Shown here in pieces: positions 39,255-47,588 of a stretch of 64,000 nt of DNA. Under the pieces are notes generated by a model. It had not been told where the DNA came from, did no database searches, and saw only the letters and a program-made list of their open reading frames with translations. The position numbers and the translations under genes are program-made. How positions within the stretch are numbered: position 1 is the stretch's first letter; each line of letters opens with the position of its first letter. This DNA is from Escherichia phage vB_EcoM_PHB13, in sequence record MK573636; one strand, given 5' to 3'.

Positions 39255-40256
39255 ATGAATACTATGACTAAAGCAAAAATCACCGTCTCTGACCGTAACG
39301 TTCAATGCCTGGATTCTGCGAAACAAATCAAACTGGCTAAACAGTGGGGAGAAGGTAAGTTTACTACCCGCGAAGCACTTGCGGCAGCATTTGGGGTATC
39401 TCGTCGTACTGCCTCCCGTGTATTACTGATTCAGAAAGACGCAGTAGCGGAAGGTCGCAAGGCACTAGAAAAACGTAAAGCACGCCGTAAAACAAGTAAA
39501 GGAAAAGGCGGTGAACGCGCAAAAAAGCCCGTGACTACTACCTCAAAAATCGTAGCCATAGCCTCAACTAAGTTTATTACTATTACATGCGGTGACATTG
39601 TTTATACTGCTGATCCATCACATGTTAACTTTAAGGAAGCACTGGAAGCAGTTAAGCAGAATGATTTTATTAAAGCAATTACGCTGATTGACATTAAGAA
39701 AGCGGTTGAAGTATATTATCACGGCGCTTTCCGTATCGAAAATGGTATTGTGTATTATCATAATATTGTTCTTGATAATAATCTGACTCGTCGAGTTGTT
39801 GAGTCTATTAAAGAGAATAAGCCATATACGCACTATCTGAACTTCTTTGAGAAGTGCAAGAAAAACCCTAGCCGTAAGGCGGTAGATCGTCTGTTTGACT
39901 TCTTAGAACACAACGACATTGAGATCGGGGAAGATGGTTGTTTCTATGCATGGAAACGTGTTGATGTTGATTATAAAGATTTCTTTACTCATACGTTTGA
40001 TAATAGCCCAGGGCGCACGGTTAAAATGAAGCGTAAAGACGTTGACCCAGATGATGATCGCACTTGCTCTAATGGCCTCCACGTTGCAGCGAAACACTAT
40101 ATTCCACACTATAGCGGTGGACGAGGCCGAATCATTAAATGCAAAGTTGATCCTCGTCACGTTGTAAGTATTCCGAAAGATTATGCGAATGCCAAAATGC
40201 GCTGTCATCGTTACTATGTGGTTGAAGATGTAACCGAAGGTTTTAGCCATTACTAA
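39255..40256 (+). CDS. rIIB: rIIB protein
   Basis: size and position after rIIA. Confidence 0.7.
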   Translation: MNTMTKAKITVSDRNVQCLDSAKQIKLAKQWGEGKFTTREALAAAFGVSRRTASRVLLIQKDAVAEGRKALEKRKARRKTSKGKGGERAKKPVTTTSKIVAIASTKFITITCGDIVYTADPSHVNFKEALEAVKQNDFIKAITLIDIKKAVEVYYHGAFRIENGIVYYHNIVLDNNLTRRVVESIKENKPYTHYLNFFEKCKKNPSRKAVDRLFDFLEHNDIEIGEDGCFYAWKRVDVDYKDFFTHTFDNSPGRTVKMKRKDVDPDDDRTCSNGLHVAAKHYIPHYSGGRGRIIKCKVDPRHVVSIPKDYANAKMRCHRYYVVEDVTEGFSHY

Positions 40257-40270
40257 CAGAGGAATTAATT

Positions 40271-40597
40271 ATGGTTGATATGAAAGTTACTTGCGAAAGT
40301 GCACATGTTGAAGTTGAAAGTAGCCAATATTCATTGCGTCCGTCCGGTCGCGTTACTGTGACTATGGATGATGTTGATTTGGTTAATAATGTTAGTGTTG
40401 AAGATATCGTTAATGAGTATGATCATAGCGAACTGCTAGACGCAATTCCTGAACATGTTGTGATCCAGCACGTAGTAAGCAATAATGATCCATCGACTTT
40501 CATTAAAGAATACGGCGCTGATGAAATGCTCGATGAAATTGGCGAAAAGATTGTTATTGCATGGCTTGAAAACAACGGTTATACTGTAGAACAATAA
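40271..40597 (+). CDS. hypothetical highly acidic protein (about 23 D/E in 108 aa)
   Basis: ORF track; composition counted by eye. Confidence 0.45.
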   Translation: MVDMKVTCESAHVEVESSQYSLRPSGRVTVTMDDVDLVNNVSVEDIVNEYDHSELLDAIPEHVVIQHVVSNNDPSTFIKEYGADEMLDEIGEKIVIAWLENNGYTVEQ

Positions 40598-40642
40598 TCA
40601 ACATAGGCCGCTTTGCGCGGCCTTTCTTAGAGGGAATACATT

Positions 40643-40936
40643 ATGACGGTCACGGTTATTACCAAATACGACGACGAAAATATGATTTACGGTGACGTGG
40701 TTGTTGTTCACGGTCGTAGCATGAAAGTTACTGGTAATTGTAAAGATGGTGCTATTATTTGTGGTGAATTGGTGAGAACAGTCAATCCTATCACCGACGA
40801 ACAAAAGCGAGTCATTATCAGAAAACTTAAAGACAGTGGATATTGTAACGTCGTGGTGATTCAAGAAAAAATTGAAGTAGGCCACTTATACACAAATCAG
40901 AAAACAATTCCGGTATCAATGGTTAAAGGCGGTTAA
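40643..40936 (+). CDS. hypothetical protein
   Basis: ORF track, 97 aa. Confidence 0.4.
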   Translation: MTVTVITKYDDENMIYGDVVVVHGRSMKVTGNCKDGAIICGELVRTVNPITDEQKRVIIRKLKDSGYCNVVVIQEKIEVGHLYTNQKTIPVSMVKGG

Positions 40937-40938
40937 TA

Positions 40939-41301
40939 ATGCTAGGTCATTCTAAAATAGAAGATTGCTCATTCAGAGCAATGAAAGATGATTTTTCGGT
41001 CCTGTACGCGTCTATCCGAGAGTTGTTTGTAGATTTTAAGCAATTCAGAGAATACAAAGGCGTTAAGATGCGGGAGTGGGTATTCTGGCCTTTCTATATC
41101 ATTACTCTGTTTTCTATGGTATTTTGTTTTGTCGGGATCACTATCGCTAGTTTTGTCACTTGCGTTTTCCTGATTATCAGGTGTATCATGTTTGCTTTGA
41201 TTGCTGCCCCGTTTATTGTTTCAATCCTTCCGTTAAAATGGCTATTGGATTGGGCTGATAAATCTGATAAAGTAAAGAATGTGATTTGTAAGCGTGTATG
41301 A
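40939..41301 (+). CDS. hypothetical integral membrane protein (2-3 TM helices)
   Basis: ORF track; long hydrophobic stretches. Confidence 0.45.
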   Translation: MLGHSKIEDCSFRAMKDDFSVLYASIRELFVDFKQFREYKGVKMREWVFWPFYIITLFSMVFCFVGITIASFVTCVFLIIRCIMFALIAAPFIVSILPLKWLLDWADKSDKVKNVICKRV

Positions 41302-41308
41302 GGTGAAG

Positions 41309-42673
41309 ATGGATAAAATTAGTCAAATTGTAAACACATTTACTTACCGCAGCCTTGAAAGCATTGTACATAATGAAGCTAAGGAATATGCGATCTATTC
41401 TGCCGAGGAACGCGGGATTCCTCAATTAGTGGATGGGCTTAAACCAGTGCAACGCTTTGTTATGGAGTGCGCACTTCAAAAGAGTAAAGGCGACCGTAAG
41501 AAATTCCGTAAGATGGCAGATATTGGATCTGGTGTTGCTGAGTTGGGTTATCACCACGGGGAAACTAATGCCGTAGAAGCCGGATCACTCATGGCGAATA
41601 CATGGAGCAATAATACTCCACTGCTTGACGGTCAAGGTAACTTCGGATCGCGTTTAGTCCAGAAAGCAGGTGCGGCACGTTATATCTTTGCTCGTGTGCA
41701 TGAAAACTTCTTTAAAATCTATAAAGATATGAATTGCGCACCTAAGCACGAAGATCTGGAACACATCCCGCCAGCATTCTACTTGCCAGTTGTGCCAATG
41801 GTATTGGCTAATGGTATTAGTGGTATTGCTACAGGGTATAAAACTGACATTTTACCGCATTCACTGGAAAGCCTTATTGAATGCACAGAGCTAGCACTTG
41901 CCGGAAAACTGGATAAAGAACCTAGTGTTCAATTCCCAAAATTCACGGGTAAAGTTATCCCGCGAGATGATCGCGATGGTGTGATTCTTGAGGGTACATA
42001 TGAACTAAACGGCAAGACTAAACTGACAATATCAGAAGTTCCTTATAAGTTCGACCGTGAAGAATATGTGGCGGTACTGGATGCGCTGGAAGAAAAAGAT
42101 CTGATTGTATCGTATAATGACCGTTGCTCTAAGGACGGATTCAGATTTGAAGTAACACTGAAACGCGATTATTTCAAAAGCGAAGATGAATCCGCTCGAC
42201 ATGAGCAAATCATGAAGGATTTTAAACTAACGCAGTTAGTAGCCCAGAATATCGTGGTAGTTAATGAACGTGGCTTAGTTGAAGTATTCGAGAAAGCGAG
42301 CGATCTGATCCGTCGATTCGTCGAAATCCGATTAGGGTATGTCGATAAACGCATTGAATTGATGCAAGCGGAAACGCTGGAAGCATACAATTATGCAATG
42401 GCTAAAGCCAAATTTATCGACCTTGTAATTAAGGGCGAAATCGAGCTACAGGGAAAGAAAAAGGCCGAGGTAATGCAATCCATCAATGGACATGAAAAAC
42501 TGCGTCCATACGCCGATAAGCTAGTTTCTATGCCATTGTATAGCGTTACTCAAGAAGAGTATGATCGACTGGTCAAAGATGCCGAGAAACATCATAGTGA
42601 ATATGAGTATTGGACAAAGACGACCGCAATGAAGGAATATAAGAAAGATCTTAAAGAACTTAAGAAGGGTTGA
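41309..42673 (+). CDS. 52: DNA topoisomerase II medium subunit gp52 (GyrA-like)
   Basis: strong similarity to T4 gp52 (GLKPVQRFV, LLDGQGNFGSR, RYIFARV); start at ATG after SD GAGGTGA. Confidence 0.9.
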   Translation: MDKISQIVNTFTYRSLESIVHNEAKEYAIYSAEERGIPQLVDGLKPVQRFVMECALQKSKGDRKKFRKMADIGSGVAELGYHHGETNAVEAGSLMANTWSNNTPLLDGQGNFGSRLVQKAGAARYIFARVHENFFKIYKDMNCAPKHEDLEHIPPAFYLPVVPMVLANGISGIATGYKTDILPHSLESLIECTELALAGKLDKEPSVQFPKFTGKVIPRDDRDGVILEGTYELNGKTKLTISEVPYKFDREEYVAVLDALEEKDLIVSYNDRCSKDGFRFEVTLKRDYFKSEDESARHEQIMKDFKLTQLVAQNIVVVNERGLVEVFEKASDLIRRFVEIRLGYVDKRIELMQAETLEAYNYAMAKAKFIDLVIKGEIELQGKKKAEVMQSINGHEKLRPYADKLVSMPLYSVTQEEYDRLVKDAEKHHSEYEYWTKTTAMKEYKKDLKELKKG

Positions 42674-42873
42674 TTATGAAAGAATATCCAGAAGGCGGTT
42701 ATATTGCATTTCTGTACAACAATAAAAAGATTGTGCCAATTGTCGTTGAAACACTGGAAGAATCCAACCGGATCACCAGTGAATCTCTGAGCAAATTAGC
42801 AGAGATGACAAACACGCCAGAACACAGAGCAAAGATCGACAGCTTGATGAAAGAATTATCAGAGAGGAAATAA
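42670..42873 (+). CDS. hypothetical protein
   Basis: ORF track. Confidence 0.35.
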   Translation: MIMKEYPEGGYIAFLYNNKKIVPIVVETLEESNRITSESLSKLAEMTNTPEHRAKIDSLMKELSERK

Positions 42874-42876
42874 ATT

Positions 42877-43272
42877 ATGACTGAACGACGCATCACTTCA
42901 AATGGTTTGGGTACTCATCATGCATGGATGGTTGACCCAGACAAAAATCCTTATAAACTTTACGATACAACGATTAAACCGTGGAATAATGGCGTATGGA
43001 AAACACCACACACAACAGCACCTATTATGACTGATCCGAAACCGATTAGCCCGATGGCGGAACCAGTACAGATTAAGCCGTTACCTTACCAGATAACAAC
43101 GAATAGCATCGCCAACAAACAAGAAAATGATATTGATATGATCTACGAGATGATTAAACTTTGGCGTGATGTTTATCTGGGTGTTCTCTGCAACACAGAT
43201 AAAAGTGCACATGCGGCAGCGGTACTGGCATCTCATGCAGTAGACGAAGCCAAAAAGAAATTTAGTAAGTAA
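42877..43272 (+). CDS. hypothetical protein
   Basis: ORF track, 131 aa. Confidence 0.4.
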   Translation: MTERRITSNGLGTHHAWMVDPDKNPYKLYDTTIKPWNNGVWKTPHTTAPIMTDPKPISPMAEPVQIKPLPYQITTNSIANKQENDIDMIYEMIKLWRDVYLGVLCNTDKSAHAAAVLASHAVDEAKKKFSK

Positions 43273-43281
43273 CTGATTATT

Positions 43282-43310
43282 AAGCCGATCCTTGTGGTCG
43301 GCTTTTTTAT
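43282..43310 (+). terminator. intrinsic terminator AAGCCGATCC-ttgt-GGTCGGCTT plus T-run
   Basis: read directly; same hairpin inverted near 53208. Confidence 0.55.
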
Positions 43311-43322
43311 TTTAAAAAGTTG

Positions 43323-43351
43323 TTGACTTACAGAATCCAACATTGCATAAT
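43323..43351 (+). promoter_or_regulatory. sigma70-like promoter TTGACT-17bp-CATAAT
   Basis: read directly. Confidence 0.4.
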
Positions 43352-43382
43352 ACACCCATACCAAACAAAAGGAGAATCAAAG

Positions 43383-43655
43383 ATGTGCAACGAAAACAGC
43401 AAAGTGTTGGCAATTGCAGATAAAGTAGGTTACTGGAAATGCTGGGATGATATGGAGAAATTAGGCGGTCGCTATCTCGATAACTTAGAGTTGCATTATT
43501 GCCAAGCGCGTAATGCAGAAGTTGCGGGAGTAGCAATCGAAGATATTCCGTCTAAAGTCTTCGGATTCTCTAAAGATGATACTCTAGAGTATGTTTTTAA
43601 GGCTGTAATGGATCAAGCATGGGAAGACGCAGAGACACGCGCTCTTGATTGGTGA
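43383..43655 (+). CDS. hypothetical protein
   Basis: in-frame ATG within track ORF 43320..43655 after SD AGGAGAATCA. Confidence 0.4.
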   Translation: MCNENSKVLAIADKVGYWKCWDDMEKLGGRYLDNLELHYCQARNAEVAGVAIEDIPSKVFGFSKDDTLEYVFKAVMDQAWEDAETRALDW

Positions 43656-43659
43656 TAAT

Positions 43660-43878
43660 ATGAACTGGTATAAAATTTGGAAAAATCAGGTGGAGGCTTA
43701 TCTAGGGTATAAGCCCACCGACGAAGAATTACTCGATGCAATGTACGAAGACGGACTAAATCCGAAAGTAGCCGCGCGAGAATACGCGGAATGGATGAAG
43801 GTCGAAGATAACCTAGAGGCAACGAAAAATTTTCACGAAAATAATAAAAAAGCAGTTGACGCCAAAGGTCATCGATAG
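43660..43878 (+). CDS. hypothetical protein
   Basis: in-frame ATG within track ORF 43645..43878. Confidence 0.35.
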   Translation: MNWYKIWKNQVEAYLGYKPTDEELLDAMYEDGLNPKVAAREYAEWMKVEDNLEATKNFHENNKKAVDAKGHR

Positions 43879-43918
43879 TATTATACTCCCATACCGAAAC
43901 GAACTGGAGGAAATAAAA

Positions 43919-44161
43919 ATGGTTAAAGTTAATGTTATCGAAGTTGCACTGTACGACGCTGGAATCTTCCTGAATGAAAAAGAAGCTGCCGTGCTCGATG
44001 AACTGAAAACTGTTTTTGTTCCTGTAGTAGAAGACGTTGAAGCAATTAAAATCGCTTCTCGTAAACTGTCTCGCGAAGCATTCGACATGATTGATCCGGT
44101 TTTCAAAGTTATGCACGAATGCGCGGTTATGATGACCGAAGAAGAAGCGAAAAATTTCTAA
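43919..44161 (+). CDS. hypothetical acidic protein
   Basis: in-frame ATG within track ORF 43856..44161 after SD GGAGG. Confidence 0.4.
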   Translation: MVKVNVIEVALYDAGIFLNEKEAAVLDELKTVFVPVVEDVEAIKIASRKLSREAFDMIDPVFKVMHECAVMMTEEEAKNF

Positions 44162-44168
44162 AAACCAG

Positions 44169-44203
44169 TTGACGTAAAGAAACGGGAGTAGTAAGATACT
44201 CCC
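44169..44203 (+). promoter_or_regulatory. early promoter TTGACG with stem-loop GGGAGTA-gtaaga-TACTCCC (same core as 649..683)
   Basis: read directly. Confidence 0.5.
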
Positions 44204-44226
44204 ATACCAAACGAAAGGAGAATCAC

Positions 44227-44439
44227 ATGAAATCTATCGAGCAAGTAGTAACAGAGTTTATGAGCTACGAAGGAAACCGCATCTTTGGACGTTCTCAAGT
44301 TCGCGAGATCGTGGAAGAGGTCTCTGGAGAGTTTGCGGAATCTGGTCACGTTATCACGCAAGAACGTAAAGAAGAAGCAGTAAACCAGATCATGGCTATG
44401 CAGAAAATGCGTATTAATGCACGAGCGGGTAAAAATTAA
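44227..44439 (+). CDS. hypothetical protein
   Basis: ORF track, 70 aa. Confidence 0.4.
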   Translation: MKSIEQVVTEFMSYEGNRIFGRSQVREIVEEVSGEFAESGHVITQERKEEAVNQIMAMQKMRINARAGKN

Positions 44440-44446
44440 AAAGTAG

Positions 44447-44481
44447 TTGACACCGGATTAAGGGAGTAGTAAGATACTCCC
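44447..44481 (+). promoter_or_regulatory. early promoter TTGACA with stem-loop GGGAGTA-gtaaga-TACTCCC (third copy)
   Basis: read directly. Confidence 0.5.
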
Positions 44482-44508
44482 ATCAAGAAAAACATTGAGG
44501 AATATATT

Positions 44509-45309
44509 ATGAAAAACATTATCGCTGCGATCGTTCTTTCTACTACGGCTTTCGGTGCTAATGCTGCGTCCTTTGATTGCGCTAAAGCTACTACCAAACC
44601 AGAGAAGTTTATTTGTGCTAATGAGTCAATCTCCGCACTGGATTCTAAACTTAATGAAGTATATGTTAAGGCTGTTAAGATTGATCCATCTCTTAAACAA
44701 GAGCAACGCAACTGGAATAAAACTGTTCGTGATACAATGATCAACATCGGGCAAATACAGCCACTGGAGGCTGTATATAACGCTCAAATCCAAAACTTGA
44801 TGAACGTATTACCTAAAGAAGAAACAGCGTCAGAAAGCGATTCAGAGACTTCTGCGAAGGTTGAAGAAGAACAACCGAAACAAGAAGAAAAAGTGGTAGA
44901 GCAACCGAAGAAAGAAGAGAAAATCTATGGATCTATCACTTACCAGTGCATTGCAAAATTTACATGGAAAATCATTGATGGTATTGAGACAGACAGCCGC
45001 AAAGATCCATTGTATGGAAACTCTACTTATGGCAACAAGGGCGGAAAGCTGAAAATGACCATGACCGAAGGTGAATTGTCTTCTTTCGTATATGTTGATG
45101 AGCGCGAAGTGTTTAAATCAAATCTGACACGCAGCAAACAATATAAAAATATGGTTGTTGGTATGAGCAAACCGGATGTAGCAGGATACTTCAACGAGTA
45201 CAAAATGTGGGTAGGGGAAAACGATGAAATCCGCTTTGAAGTCATCGAGAAAGGTCGCATTAGCTATGATTATGGTACTCAATATGTTTGCGAATATAAG
45301 AAGGGTTAA
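44509..45309 (+). CDS. secreted/periplasmic protein with N-terminal signal peptide and DUF1311 (LprI lysozyme-inhibitor-like) domain
   Basis: signal peptide ...AFGANA/AS; motif FDCAKATTKPEKFICANESISALDSKLNEVY...EQRNW. Confidence 0.55.
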   Translation: MKNIIAAIVLSTTAFGANAASFDCAKATTKPEKFICANESISALDSKLNEVYVKAVKIDPSLKQEQRNWNKTVRDTMINIGQIQPLEAVYNAQIQNLMNVLPKEETASESDSETSAKVEEEQPKQEEKVVEQPKKEEKIYGSITYQCIAKFTWKIIDGIETDSRKDPLYGNSTYGNKGGKLKMTMTEGELSSFVYVDEREVFKSNLTRSKQYKNMVVGMSKPDVAGYFNEYKMWVGENDEIRFEVIEKGRISYDYGTQYVCEYKKG

Positions 45310-45591
45310 ATGATGAAATTTAACAACATGAAGTTTAAAAAAGATTGGTGGGATGCTATGAGAGCTAACGACCGGATCGGAATTGGAAAGGCAGAAAAGA
45401 CAGTTGTTATTGTCAAGTATAAAGCGACGCAAGATCTTTTGATTAAGGAACTCATTCGAGCGGGTAACTATCAAACACCGGAAGGTCTTATTGACATGAT
45501 GGTTGATAACATGTATAGTGACGAACCACCAAACATTAAACAATATTACAAGCAGTATTACCGAAAGTGGCAGAATTACAACCGAAAATAA
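45310..45591 (+). CDS. hypothetical protein
   Basis: ORF track. Confidence 0.35.
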   Translation: MMKFNNMKFKKDWWDAMRANDRIGIGKAEKTVVIVKYKATQDLLIKELIRAGNYQTPEGLIDMMVDNMYSDEPPNIKQYYKQYYRKWQNYNRK

Positions 45592-45614
45592 GTTGTTGAC
45601 GTGAGGATTATATT

Positions 45615-45806
45615 ATGGTAATTTTTAATCGCGATGGTATCATAGTTCGGCAACACCCATTCCTTGAATACTATCAGGTTGAACAATGGGGATATGGGGA
45701 TTGTTCTCGATCATACGGTCAAAGCTGGGGATACCGTACAGTTTTTGAATCAACCGATATTGACAAAGTACGACAGAAAGTTTTAGAACTTCTTAACGAT
45801 AAGTGA
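45615..45806 (+). CDS. hypothetical protein
   Basis: ORF track; SD GAGGATTATATT. Confidence 0.4.
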   Translation: MVIFNRDGIIVRQHPFLEYYQVEQWGYGDCSRSYGQSWGYRTVFESTDIDKVRQKVLELLNDK

Positions 45807-45816
45807 GGATTAAATC

Positions 45817-46185
45817 ATGGAAATTCAAAACAATTACGAAAAATGTGTTATTATCAATGATTTGCAACGTCAATTGCATCATTACGAAACCGATTATAAA
45901 ACAGCAACCAAAACCGGAAAGTTGAAAGTGTGGGAAGTCTGGTATAACCGAAACTATCTGGGAAGCATCCACAAACTTGATCGCAGTGATGTTTATACAA
46001 TGCATGTGGGCGCGTGTGGCGAATCGGATGTAGCATCTAATTTCATGGAAGCACTTGCATTCTATGTAGAATATCTGGTAGACTATATCGAGTTGGAAGA
46101 GGAAGTGGTAGAATTGCTTCCTCCACCGGAAGAAGCGCCGGAAGCAACGATCCTGAAAGCATTAAAGAAAATCTTTGTTAAGTGA
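45817..46185 (+). CDS. hypothetical protein
   Basis: ORF track. Confidence 0.4.
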   Translation: MEIQNNYEKCVIINDLQRQLHHYETDYKTATKTGKLKVWEVWYNRNYLGSIHKLDRSDVYTMHVGACGESDVASNFMEALAFYVEYLVDYIELEEEVVELLPPPEEAPEATILKALKKIFVK

Positions 46186-46193
46186 GGTGAACT

Positions 46194-46526
46194 ATGAAAA
46201 ATGTACTGATTGTGTGGGAACTGATTCCAGAAACTACTGAATTATACATGGTACAGGTTGATAATAAAGAATTTGAAATTCTGAAACGCGTCAACTGCAA
46301 ATATATTAACATTGATGACATGACCCCAGAAATGGACTATGTAAACTATGCTCTCATGCAGCCTAGTTGGATTATGGATGAAACTAAAGCCGACGCCGAA
46401 TCGCTGGGTGTACCGGAAGAAGTATTAGCGAAATGGCATCAATTCAAAGTTGAAATAAAAGAGGGCGAACCGTTTATTCCTAGTGGTATGATCGATGCGG
46501 TGATCGTAACAGGTTTTCATCTGTAA
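46194..46526 (+). CDS. hypothetical protein
   Basis: ORF track. Confidence 0.4.
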   Translation: MKNVLIVWELIPETTELYMVQVDNKEFEILKRVNCKYINIDDMTPEMDYVNYALMQPSWIMDETKADAESLGVPEEVLAKWHQFKVEIKEGEPFIPSGMIDAVIVTGFHL

Positions 46527-46538
46527 GGAGATTATACA

Positions 46539-46871
46539 ATGTTTAACTATGACAAATATGAATCATGGAAAGCGACCGAACTGAAAGAGGCAGCGCGGTT
46601 AATCACACCGCGTCTTTATCCGGTGTTGTTTAGCGCCGATAAAGTAACAAGGGAAGTAAACGAGGCGCTATCGGTTTTAGGCTATCTGATCGATAAAGTA
46701 GAGAAGACATCGGTATTCACAAATAGCGTAGAATATACCAGATATCGAGTGTTTTTAGATTCCTTGCTCGTTGTCATTAAAGCACTAAATGATCATAACT
46801 ACACCATGAACATGACGAAAATAATCGACGAAGCAAGAATTATGACAGAGAATATTTTCGGTAAATTTTGA
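46539..46871 (+). CDS. hypothetical protein, paralogue of 46980..47309 (shared C-terminus ...ENIFGKF)
   Basis: ORF track. Confidence 0.4.
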   Translation: MFNYDKYESWKATELKEAARLITPRLYPVLFSADKVTREVNEALSVLGYLIDKVEKTSVFTNSVEYTRYRVFLDSLLVVIKALNDHNYTMNMTKIIDEARIMTENIFGKF

Positions 46872-46979
46872 TTATGAAAGATGATGAATCATTGAAAATT
46901 GCACTGGTTATGCTATTACAAGGTATAGAATTAGCAAACCACGAAAAAATGTTGAAACAACAGCGTGAAATTATGAGAG

Positions 46980-47309
46980 GTGATTATGATCGAGTTTGAA
47001 ATTGACAACTTTCACGAAAAAGCAGAAGACCTAACCAAAATTTTGATTAGTCGAGGTGCATATAATACGAAAGATATTATAAAAGAAGTTAATGTAGCGA
47101 TGGACGCGATCCGAAAGGAATTTAAACATATTTCAGAGATTGGAGAAAATGGTCATCTTGAAGATGTTGAGCTGGTAGCACTGCGACGCTATTACTTCTT
47201 TGTTGATTGCATCATTGATCTATCTAAAAATTATAGTCATTACATGAAAGATATTGTAAAAGATGCACGTAAGCTGGCAGAGAATGTTTACGGGAAGTTT
47301 CCAGAATGA
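46980..47309 (+). CDS. hypothetical protein, paralogue of 46539..46871 (C-terminus ...ENVYGKF)
   Basis: ORF track. Confidence 0.4.
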   Translation: MIMIEFEIDNFHEKAEDLTKILISRGAYNTKDIIKEVNVAMDAIRKEFKHISEIGENGHLEDVELVALRRYYFFVDCIIDLSKNYSHYMKDIVKDARKLAENVYGKFPE

Positions 47310-47554
47310 AATTAGAACAAGCGATTGTATACTTTGAGATGGGCTATGATATTGCTCGTGTAGAGTGGGAAGATGGTGATTTTGTCCGATTGATTAATCT
47401 TCCAGAAACAGCTATTGCACTGGTCAAAGTAGAAAACGGTATACAACGAAATTACGCGTTCTCTGACGAAGACAAACAAGCCGATGACTGGTACGCTACA
47501 TGTTTTCATCATACAGCGTCAAAATGTGATTCAGGGGCTTCTATGCGCCAATAA
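47306..47554 (+). CDS. hypothetical protein, possible DUF2829/Tad2-like small protein
   Basis: N-terminal pattern L-x-QAI-x5-G-x2-IARVEW and C-terminal DKQADDW; motif-level only. Confidence 0.35.
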   Translation: MKLEQAIVYFEMGYDIARVEWEDGDFVRLINLPETAIALVKVENGIQRNYAFSDEDKQADDWYATCFHHTASKCDSGASMRQ

Positions 47555-47557
47555 AAA

Positions 47558-47584
47558 GAAGGGGAGGCCGAAAGGCTTCCCCTT
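47558..47584. terminator. bidirectional intrinsic terminator (hairpin AAGGGGAGGCC-gaaa-GGCTTCCCCTT, A-run upstream, T-run downstream) between convergent modules
   Basis: read directly. Confidence 0.6.
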
Positions 47585-47588
47585 TAAG

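Noticed and set aside
43613-44116. 167-aa minus-strand ORF across the small plus-strand accessory genes
   Set aside because: Overlaps several plus-strand ORFs that have promoters and SD sequences; no upstream signals on the minus strand.
45596-45612. TTGACG immediately upstream of ORF 45615 as a promoter
   Set aside because: No -10 hexamer at proper spacing; the TTGACG is only 7 nt from the SD.
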